From an uncultured Candidatus Saccharibacteria bacterium (GTDB taxonomy: Bacteria; Patescibacteriota; Minisyncoccia; UBA6257), in the NCBI GenBank assembly GCA_964479005.1, contig CAYZJA010000001.1, positions 80,642 to 144,641 on the forward strand: DNA of 64,000 bases. Reading direction: 5' to 3'. The translations under genes and the position numbers were made by a program. Positions 53,970 through 61,237 of the stretch are shown here, piece by piece (the first letter of the stretch is position 1; each line of letters begins with the position of its first letter). The notes under the pieces were generated by a model. The model made no database searches, had not been told where the DNA came from, and saw only the letters and a list, made by a program, of their open reading frames with translations.

Positions 53970-54170
53970 ATGAATAAAACCTGGTTAATCATAGCACTTG
54001 CAGTATTAGTAGTGGTTATTATTATGATCGTTCGTAGTGCAGGAGCGCCAACTGATGTTCCTGAAACAACAACTACTACTGAGGCAGTTGTAGATGAAGT
54101 TTTGCCTTTAGAAGGTGAAACAGTCGAAGATGAAGTTTCAGAAGATGAAGCAGTGGTTCCTGTTGAATAG
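53970..54170 (+). CDS. small membrane-anchored acidic protein
   Basis: N-terminal TM segment WLIIALAVLVVVIIMIV followed by a T/E/V-rich tail. Confidence 0.5.
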   Translation: MNKTWLIIALAVLVVVIIMIVRSAGAPTDVPETTTTTEAVVDEVLPLEGETVEDEVSEDEAVVPVE

Positions 54171-54182
54171 ACGATTTTTAAA

Positions 54183-54217
54183 AAGACCTGTTATATTTGA
54201 TATAGCAGGTCTTTTTC
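54183..54217 (+). terminator. strong intrinsic terminator
   Basis: aagacctgttatat/atatagcaggtctt ~15-bp stem followed by ttttt. Confidence 0.7.
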
Positions 54218-54246
54218 TTTATACATAAAGTTATCCACAATGGGAC

Positions 54247-54274
54247 TTGACAAGATTTAAATGTTTGCTATACT
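54247..54274 (+). promoter_or_regulatory. promoter TTGACA-16-TGcTATACT
   Basis: gggacttgaca agatttaaatgtttgc tatact. Paralogous to the promoter at 12504. Confidence 0.6.
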
Positions 54275-54278
54275 ACGG

Positions 54279-54342
54279 ATGCTGTCGTTTGGAAGTATTT
54301 GTTAGCTTGCTAATGGATATGGAAGAGTGGCAGCATTTTTTT
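54279..54342 (+). ncRNA. ~60-nt hairpin RNA, family member 2
   Basis: Outer stem atgctgtc/ggcagcat, apical ttag-cttg-ctaa, then T7. Shares the gatgcYgt...tagcttgcta...ggcagcRgcattttttt framework with 12536-12595. Confidence 0.45.
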
Positions 54343-54392
54343 ATACTTACATAATAACAAAAGATACGAAGAATTGTCCTTCATATTTTTGA

Positions 54393-54449
54393 TTGACTTT
54401 ATTAATAAGACGTGATATAGTAAAAATGCTCTTAATTGAGCATTTTTTT
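54393..54449 (+). promoter_or_regulatory. promoter (TTGACT-17-TATAGT) immediately followed by a hairpin + T7
   Basis: ttgact ttattaataagacgtga tatagt, then aatgctc-ttaatt-gagcatt ttttt. Confidence 0.45.
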
Positions 54450-54571
54450 GTACTTTGACATTTAAAATATATAGCCGTAACAGGGAAAATTCTTTGTTAT
54501 TGGAGATAAAAGATAGATTATTAAATGATTTGATTAGTAAAAAATAAATTTAAATAAAGGAGGAAAGAAAG

Positions 54572-55285
54572 ATGAAAAGGAAGTTAGTTATAGTTTTTGT
54601 TTTGTTTATTTTAGTGCTGAGTTTTACTCCAATTTTGAAACACTGGTCTTCAGAATGGGAATTGAATGCCCCAGTGTTATTGGATAGCGTTCAATTATCG
54701 AATGATTGCCGTATATTGTTGGGATCGTATTATTCAAGCGGGGTGATTTATCAGGATAATTCTTTTGAATTTATTACTCATTCATCTGATGTGTTTTCTG
54801 ATGTAAATGGTTTTAGGCCCTATCCTTGGGGAGGAGAAGTGTTTTCAGGAGAAATATCTTTTTTATGTTCCCTTGATAATTATACAGGATTCAGATCATT
54901 TATGATCCAGGGGAAACAGAAAGATGATCATGGCGCCATTGCTGTTCCTGGTTTACTGTCAAAACCAAATGTAGAATCAGGAGAATTATATTATCTATCG
55001 TTTTGGGTGAAATATGATATTCAAGAAGGAGGATTTAGGCTTACACAACAATTCTTTCGTAAGCAAGACAGCGAATATCCTCATTATGCTTGCTATGGTT
55101 CTTTGATTAAAGGTAATAGTAATAAACGCTGGGAGTATGTAGGTTTAATTGTTCAGGCACCAATTGATGCTTGGAAAGGAGATCCAGTATTAGAATTGAA
55201 AGGCAAGGGATTTGTTTTAGTTGATGATGTTTATTTCGGAAAGATAGAAATAATAAAGGAGGTGAATAAAGGTGAGATTCTTTAG
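54572..55285 (+). CDS. membrane-anchored hypothetical protein (possible carbohydrate-binding beta-sandwich)
   Basis: Strong SD aaaggagga and an N-terminal TM segment. First gene of the GT2 operon. The domain call is a weak guess. Confidence 0.5.
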   Translation: MKRKLVIVFVLFILVLSFTPILKHWSSEWELNAPVLLDSVQLSNDCRILLGSYYSSGVIYQDNSFEFITHSSDVFSDVNGFRPYPWGGEVFSGEISFLCSLDNYTGFRSFMIQGKQKDDHGAIAVPGLLSKPNVESGELYYLSFWVKYDIQEGGFRLTQQFFRKQDSEYPHYACYGSLIKGNSNKRWEYVGLIVQAPIDAWKGDPVLELKGKGFVLVDDVYFGKIEIIKEVNKGEIL

Positions 55286-56555
55286 AAAATTAGGTATTTT
55301 TTCTTTTGAGGATTTTGTCTATGCCGGTTCTACTTTTGTGCTCGCGATGTATGTCATTTGTATTCTTGTAATTACTCTTTTCCAAATAACAGGGCAATCA
55401 GTAATTTTTAGCAGCCGTTTTTCACTCTGTTCTTTGGACATTCAATTTCCTTTTTTCTTAATTATTTGCATCATCCTGATGTATTTGAGTATGTTTATCT
55501 GGATTTTTATGGGATTTGCAGGTATATTTTATAGAAAAAAGGTAGATTTGAAGCAAGAAGATGATTCTACTCTAATATCAGTTCTTATCCCTGCGCATAA
55601 TGAAGAAGATGTTATAGAAGGTATTTTGGGAGATTTAGTAGCGCAAGAATATAAGAACTTAGAGATTATCGTATTAGCTCATAATTGTACTGATTCCACA
55701 ATATCCAGAGCGCAATCAGTAGATGATTCAAGGATTCAAATATTGGATATAAGAACTCGTAAGTCAGGAAAAGCATTAGCCCTTAACAGAGGATTAGAAG
55801 AAGTAAAAGGAGAAATTATTGCTCTATTTGATACTGACAACAGGATAAAAGATAAAAAATTCTTTAATCGAGCAATAGTATATTTCAGAGACGAAACCAT
55901 TGATGCTATCCAAACCGAACTTGCTACAAGTAACAGATCTGCTTCTTTGTTGACTTTTCTTCAGGAAGTAGAATATGATACTTTCTCTTCAATATCCTGG
56001 CGTGGTAGGGATGTTCTAGGTCTTCCTTGTTTTTTAGCAGGAACAGGTATTTTTATCCGAACAAAAACCTTAAGAGAGATGGGTGGATGGAAAAATTCCT
56101 TGGTGGAAGATTTTGAACTTTTTACTAGATTGACTTTGGAAAAGAAGAAGATAGTTTTTGCTGATAATCTTGTTGTTTATGATGAAAAACCGCCATCTTG
56201 GAGTGGAATAATGAAACAAAGATCACGTTGGATAAAAGGTCATTTGAAGGTTACTTGGGATAATCTAGATAAGTTTGGAAATTGGTTGGACTATATTTAT
56301 CGCTTGACTCCTTTAGCTGTTTTTGCATGGTGGGCATCAAATTTCCTATACTGGTTTTACTATCTAACTGGCCAAATTTCTATTTTTAATGTAACAGGAT
56401 GGATTTGGTTAAGTTGGACTTTTGCCTTCTTTGCTCTTCCTACTTATAATAGTATAAAAAAACGCAGTTGGAAAGGGGTTTTATTTTTGCCTGTTTATTG
56501 GTTCTTTGTTTTTCACTTGCTGTGGGCAAGTTTATACAGTTTAGGAGTGAAATGA
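55272..56555 (+). CDS. family-2 glycosyltransferase, processive synthase type (GTG start)
   Basis: VLIPAHNEEDVI, LFDTDN, VEDFELFTRL, QRSRWIKG (QxxRW), with TM segments at both ends. Confidence 0.85.
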   Translation: MRFFRKLGIFSFEDFVYAGSTFVLAMYVICILVITLFQITGQSVIFSSRFSLCSLDIQFPFFLIICIILMYLSMFIWIFMGFAGIFYRKKVDLKQEDDSTLISVLIPAHNEEDVIEGILGDLVAQEYKNLEIIVLAHNCTDSTISRAQSVDDSRIQILDIRTRKSGKALALNRGLEEVKGEIIALFDTDNRIKDKKFFNRAIVYFRDETIDAIQTELATSNRSASLLTFLQEVEYDTFSSISWRGRDVLGLPCFLAGTGIFIRTKTLREMGGWKNSLVEDFELFTRLTLEKKKIVFADNLVVYDEKPPSWSGIMKQRSRWIKGHLKVTWDNLDKFGNWLDYIYRLTPLAVFAWWASNFLYWFYYLTGQISIFNVTGWIWLSWTFAFFALPTYNSIKKRSWKGVLFLPVYWFFVFHLLWASLYSLGVK

Positions 56556-57712
56556 AACTTAGTAGGGAAATTGTAATAACGATTATAATTTTAATCTTTT
56601 TATTGGTATCTTTATCCGAATTTGGAGCAACTTTTTATTCTTCTATATCTCAAAAGCAGAAAAGTAGTAATTATATTTACGATGAGAAAATTATAGTTAT
56701 AGATGAGAAAGTTATAGAAGATGAAAGACAGGAGATAGAGAATATTCAAATCAGTTTTAGAGGAATAGATTTCTATCCTGATCCTTATCCTTATTCTACT
56801 TCAGAAGCTTTTGATGCCTTAGAACAGCTCCTTAATTTTCAGGGAATGAATTATGTCCAATTACGTTTTTTCCTAACTCAAGATTCTCTTACTTCCAACA
56901 AAGTGGTTTATGATGAAAAACAAGATATTACTCTAGAAAGCATGATTGTTATGATTCATCAAGCAGGAAAGAGAGTATCATTACTGCCTGATATTATCAT
57001 TAAAACAGGGGATTATGTAGCTAGTCTTAGTCCTGAAGATATTGAACAATGGTTTGCTTCTTATTATGATGCTTTAATGCACTATGCTATTTTGGCGCAG
57101 ACATATGATGTAGAATTATACTGTATCGGTAATGAGCTTCATTCTTTATGGATAGAGGATCAAAAATGGAGATACATTATTGATAAACTGAGAGAGCAAT
57201 ACAAAGGTTTAGTCACTACTAAACTTAACTGTTGGTGGCAGGAAAAAACATTCCAAAAAGTATTAACTTATGGTTGGCTGGAAAAACTTGATTATATTGC
57301 CATTGCTCCATATTTTGATCTAACGTGGGAAAATGATCTTTCTTTAGAAGAAATAAAGAGCAGCTGGCAGAATAGTCGTCATGGACTTAATATAGTAGCA
57401 GAATTGGAAGAAATCGCTAAAAAATATAAAAAAAAGATGATTTTTTCAGAGATTGGTTATAGAAGCATTGATGGAACTACTATTGAACCTTGGAATAGTG
57501 ATTCTATAGTACCTCGTTCAGGAGGAAGTGGTAAGATTGATTTAGAAGAACAATCCTTAGCTACTCAAGCTTTATTTGATGTTTTCAAAGATAAAGATTG
57601 GTGGGGAGGAGTATTCTGGTTCTATTGGCCGACTGTTAAACCAAATGAACAAGATAAAACATGGGCTATATGGAATAAACCAGTACAGCTGGTTATTCAA
57701 AATAATTTTTGA
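56552..57712 (+). CDS. membrane-anchored clan GH-A (GH5-like) glycoside hydrolase
   Basis: ATG 56552 overlaps the GT2 stop (atga) behind SD aggagtg. IGNELHS (acid/base NE) and FSEIGYRS (nucleophile E). Confidence 0.65.
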   Translation: MKLSREIVITIIILIFLLVSLSEFGATFYSSISQKQKSSNYIYDEKIIVIDEKVIEDERQEIENIQISFRGIDFYPDPYPYSTSEAFDALEQLLNFQGMNYVQLRFFLTQDSLTSNKVVYDEKQDITLESMIVMIHQAGKRVSLLPDIIIKTGDYVASLSPEDIEQWFASYYDALMHYAILAQTYDVELYCIGNELHSLWIEDQKWRYIIDKLREQYKGLVTTKLNCWWQEKTFQKVLTYGWLEKLDYIAIAPYFDLTWENDLSLEEIKSSWQNSRHGLNIVAELEEIAKKYKKKMIFSEIGYRSIDGTTIEPWNSDSIVPRSGGSGKIDLEEQSLATQALFDVFKDKDWWGGVFWFYWPTVKPNEQDKTWAIWNKPVQLVIQNNF

Positions 57713-57715
57713 AAC

Positions 57716-57750
57716 AAAGGGGAAGATTAATCTTCCCCTTTTATTTTTTA
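57716..57750 (+). terminator. intrinsic terminator of the GT2 operon
   Basis: ggggaaga-ttaa-tcttcccc followed by ttttatttttt. Confidence 0.7.
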
Positions 57751-57845
57751 TAAATATAAAATATTTTTATCATTTAATTTATAAAGCCAATGAAAGAGTT
57801 GGCAAATCATTATTAATATCATATTTTACTTAATTAAGAGTGGAC

Positions 57846-57874
57846 TTGACAAGAAAAAAAAAGTTTGCTATTGT
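57846..57874 (+). promoter_or_regulatory. promoter TTGACA-17-TGcTATTGT
   Basis: ggacttgaca agaaaaaaaaagtttgc tattgt. Same ggacttgacaag / gtttgcta context as the 54247 promoter. Confidence 0.5.
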
Positions 57875-57879
57875 GTTTT

Positions 57880-58036
57880 CACGGTGGGGCTTTTATTTTA
57901 GCCCCGCAGTGGGGCTTATGAATAATATTCAAAAAAGGGGATTTCATAATTTAAACAAAATTTCTTTTCGATTTCTTGCGTTTAGTAAAATTGAAAAAGA
58001 AGTTTTTTGAGGTTGGCGTTTTTGCGCCAACTTTTT
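57880..58036 (+). promoter_or_regulatory. structured leader with alternative hairpins and a terminator upstream of the 58095 gene
   Basis: ggggct(57886)-agcccc(57900)-ggggct(57911) can form two mutually exclusive hairpins. Terminator gttggcg/cgccaac + ttttt at 58012-58036. Confidence 0.4.
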
Positions 58037-58094
58037 AATATTAAAATTAATAAAAAAAATAAATAAAAAAATAAAAATTAATAAAATAAAAAAA

Positions 58095-59357
58095 ATGAAA
58101 AAAATAATAACAATTTTAAGTACTTCCCTTTTGATGTTTGCTTTTGTAACTTCAGTTTCCGCAGCAGCTCCGAATTGGAATGTCAGTGGAACATGGATGG
58201 CAGAGCATGAGTTCGGGGGGAATACTTACTCTCATGTAAACAACATTGTTCAAGCACTAGACGGTTCCCTGACGGGGACCGGAGGATGGGATGGTACGCA
58301 AAACGGCATCCCCGTTGGTACTCCTAATACATGGGAGATAACCAACGGTTCGGTTTCTGGTAACAACATTCAATTTAACTACCAATACAATACCGTCGAG
58401 TTATGCGCCAAGGATGGAGGTATTGATGCAGTAATTAATGCTGACGGTTCTATGACTGGAACATGGCATGATGATTGTGGTACTGGACGAACTGGCGCAT
58501 GGACAGTCCCAGCAGGTTCCGCAGTCTATTTAAGAACTGCAGAAATTACTTCTCCAACATCAGGAGAAGAAGTTTCGGGAATGGTTTCATTTGATGCAAT
58601 ACTAACTGACAAAGATGGTGATGATAGTGTTCAATGGGCAGTTCGTCAGGGTACTTGCACTGCAGGAATAGGAACAGTGTTTGGTAATGTAGATGGTAAA
58701 TCAGATATCTACACTTGGGATCATGTCAATTTCCATGCATCAGCCGATACTTCTTCCTGGGCTCCTGGAAATTACTGTTTTGTCTTTAATCCCACAGAGA
58801 GTGCTGGAGATATAGCTATTAGAGAGACACGAGAGTTTATCCTAAAAGACACTGTAGCACCATTGGTAACGATAGAAAGTCCTAGTGAGGGTGATGTTGT
58901 TTCTGGTACAGTTGAAATTTATGGAACTGTTGTAGAATACTATATGCTAAGTCACTACAATATCTCGGTTTATCCAGGTGATGCCGACTTTAATGATTTC
59001 AGCAAAAGAATAGCTCAAGCAACTATTTATCGCACTACGGGTTTTAGTAATGAATTAATTTTCGCATGGGATTCAACTGGATTTGAAGATGGCGAGTATC
59101 TAATTAGATTAGCTGCTAGAGACGCTGCTGGTAATCGTAGTTATGATGGCGATGCATATCTAGGTGGTGATGATTCACAGCATGTGATTAGAGTAACTGT
59201 GAATAATATACCAGACCTAATTGGTCCACCGATTAATAAAGATCAATGTAAAAAAGATGGTTGGAAGATATTTGATAATCCAAGTTTTAAGAATCAGGGA
59301 GATTGTGTAAGTTATGTCCAGAGTAATGAAAATGCAAAAGGAAATAAAAATAAATAA
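58095..59357 (+). CDS. secreted protein with Ig-like repeats and C-terminal CK.DGW...FKNQGDCVSYV motif
   Basis: Signal peptide KKIITILSTSLLMFAFVTSVSAA. Repeated SGxVSGxV segments. C-terminal Cys motif. Confidence 0.7.
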   Translation: MKKIITILSTSLLMFAFVTSVSAAAPNWNVSGTWMAEHEFGGNTYSHVNNIVQALDGSLTGTGGWDGTQNGIPVGTPNTWEITNGSVSGNNIQFNYQYNTVELCAKDGGIDAVINADGSMTGTWHDDCGTGRTGAWTVPAGSAVYLRTAEITSPTSGEEVSGMVSFDAILTDKDGDDSVQWAVRQGTCTAGIGTVFGNVDGKSDIYTWDHVNFHASADTSSWAPGNYCFVFNPTESAGDIAIRETREFILKDTVAPLVTIESPSEGDVVSGTVEIYGTVVEYYMLSHYNISVYPGDADFNDFSKRIAQATIYRTTGFSNELIFAWDSTGFEDGEYLIRLAARDAAGNRSYDGDAYLGGDDSQHVIRVTVNNIPDLIGPPINKDQCKKDGWKIFDNPSFKNQGDCVSYVQSNENAKGNKNK

Positions 59358-59382
59358 AAAATAAATAAAAAAAATAAAAAAT

Positions 59383-61131
59383 ATGAATAAACAATTATTC
59401 TCTAAAACGATTTCACTTTTCTTAGTTTTTTCTTTGGTGTTCGTAGGTGTTTCAATATTTTCACCAAATAATATTGAAGCTAAAGGACAGAAACCAAATA
59501 ACAAAATATCAATTTGTCATAGAACTAGTTCTGCTACTAATCCTTGGAATGTAATTAATGTTAGTGTTAATGCTCAAGATGCTCACTTAGCTCATGGAGA
59601 TTTTCTTTATGAAGGTAGTTATCCAGTGAATTCTAAAGAAGCAGAGGAATGGTGTGGCATGACTAGATATACTTGTAATGAAAGTACTTGGCAATGTGTA
59701 ATTGATAACCAAGGTCAATATTCAAGTTATGATGATTGTTCAACTGTTTGTCAGGAACCAATGGCAACTGTAACAATTTGTAAATATGACGAAGAAAGGA
59801 ATCCTTTAAGTGGATGGAAAATGATTTTGAAAGGGGATTTGCAAGACCAAGTAACTGTTTTTCCTGATGGGTCAGCATATTTGTCAGGAGATTTACCATT
59901 AGAAGATTATTTATTAATGGCTTCTGGTCAATATGTTTATAGGCCTGGAACTTTAGGGGCTGAATATTCTGATGCTGGCTATACTAAGAGGAATTGTCCA
60001 GGAGATGCTACTTATTTATGTAGTGGTCCCTATACCCCATGGTTTAATGTTTTTGATATTATAGGTATTCATAAAGGATGGTTGGGGATTATGGTTAATG
60101 ACGCCGCAACTAATTGGGGTTCTTACTTTAACTCTGCTCATACTTATGCTCTGGGATATCCTAATTATAGTGGTTCATTATCTTTTACAATTAAAGATGA
60201 TGTGTATAGTGATAATTCAGGACAATTAAATGTTGATATTTATAAAGGATATACTGGGGAGACAGATGAAAATGGTTGTATAACCTTTAATGATGTTCCT
60301 TTGGAAACTTATTCTCTTGAGGAAATTCTTAAAGATGGATGGCAAAATGTTAGTGGTTTAGGACAGATTGTTATTGATGAATCTCAAGAAACTTTTGATG
60401 TGATTAATAGTGAAATTAAAAGCGAAAAAGAACTAGCATGCATAAATTCAGGTGGCACAGTTGGAACAGGTATATGCTGCAAAAGTGTAGAAGGTTTTCC
60501 AAATGATTGTGCTACAGGAGCCTGCGGTTGTTCTGCAGGAGATAGCCATGAAGTTCAGGTTTGTAATTGTCCAGCAGGCAAATGTTTTGATGGAAATTCC
60601 TGCGTAACAAAATGTGAAGAAGGAATTAATCTTCTTAAAAACGGTAGTTTCGAATATCCGGAAGTAACTAATACAAGCAAATGGCAGTTATTTCCATCAG
60701 GGACAGCTCTACTTGAATGGGTAGTTGGATGGGTTAGCGCTGCTCCATCAGACCCTCCAACAATTGAAATACAGAAAGGCGTAGTAGTTTCTCCTAGTAA
60801 TGGACTTCAAAGCATTGAATTAGATTCAGAAGCTCCAACCTATATTTCTCAAGCAGTTAATACAGAATCTGGCTATGGATATAAATTAAGCTTTGATTTT
60901 GCAGCCAGGCCTAATACTTCAGAAGAAGATAATAAATTAGAGGTTTGGGCTGATAGTATTCTTAAAGATAGTATTAGCAGCAATACATCTTGGCAAACAA
61001 AAACATATAATTTTAATGCTACTTCTAACCTTACGGAAATCAAATTCGTGGATATAGGAATTCCTAATACCGATTCAATGGGTACATTATTAGATAATGT
61101 TAAATTAGAATGTGTTCCGCCGGTTCTGTAA
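59383..61131 (+). CDS. secreted modular protein (ICHRT...HGD motif, prealbumin/Cna-B-like module, Cys-rich linker, DUF642-like lectin module)
   Basis: Signal peptide. KISICHRTSSATNPWNVINVSVNAQDAHLAHGD. VTICKYDEERNPLSGWKMILKG. NGSFEYPEV...SIELDS...YKLSFDF...LLDNVKLECV. Confidence 0.7.
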   Translation: MNKQLFSKTISLFLVFSLVFVGVSIFSPNNIEAKGQKPNNKISICHRTSSATNPWNVINVSVNAQDAHLAHGDFLYEGSYPVNSKEAEEWCGMTRYTCNESTWQCVIDNQGQYSSYDDCSTVCQEPMATVTICKYDEERNPLSGWKMILKGDLQDQVTVFPDGSAYLSGDLPLEDYLLMASGQYVYRPGTLGAEYSDAGYTKRNCPGDATYLCSGPYTPWFNVFDIIGIHKGWLGIMVNDAATNWGSYFNSAHTYALGYPNYSGSLSFTIKDDVYSDNSGQLNVDIYKGYTGETDENGCITFNDVPLETYSLEEILKDGWQNVSGLGQIVIDESQETFDVINSEIKSEKELACINSGGTVGTGICCKSVEGFPNDCATGACGCSAGDSHEVQVCNCPAGKCFDGNSCVTKCEEGINLLKNGSFEYPEVTNTSKWQLFPSGTALLEWVVGWVSAAPSDPPTIEIQKGVVVSPSNGLQSIELDSEAPTYISQAVNTESGYGYKLSFDFAARPNTSEEDNKLEVWADSILKDSISSNTSWQTKTYNFNATSNLTEIKFVDIGIPNTDSMGTLLDNVKLECVPPVL

Positions 61132-61237
61132 GTTATAAATAATATCCGGCAATTACAAAAGAAAAAGTTGATAGGATTTAATGGCGAATTAACCGTTCAT
61201 TTTAAATAAAAGATTAAAAAGTTAAATATATAAAAAA

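Noticed and set aside
57576-57833. 85-aa ORF at the end of the GH gene
   Set aside because: It overlaps the GH coding frame and then runs across the operon terminator at 57716-57750, so it is implausible as a gene.
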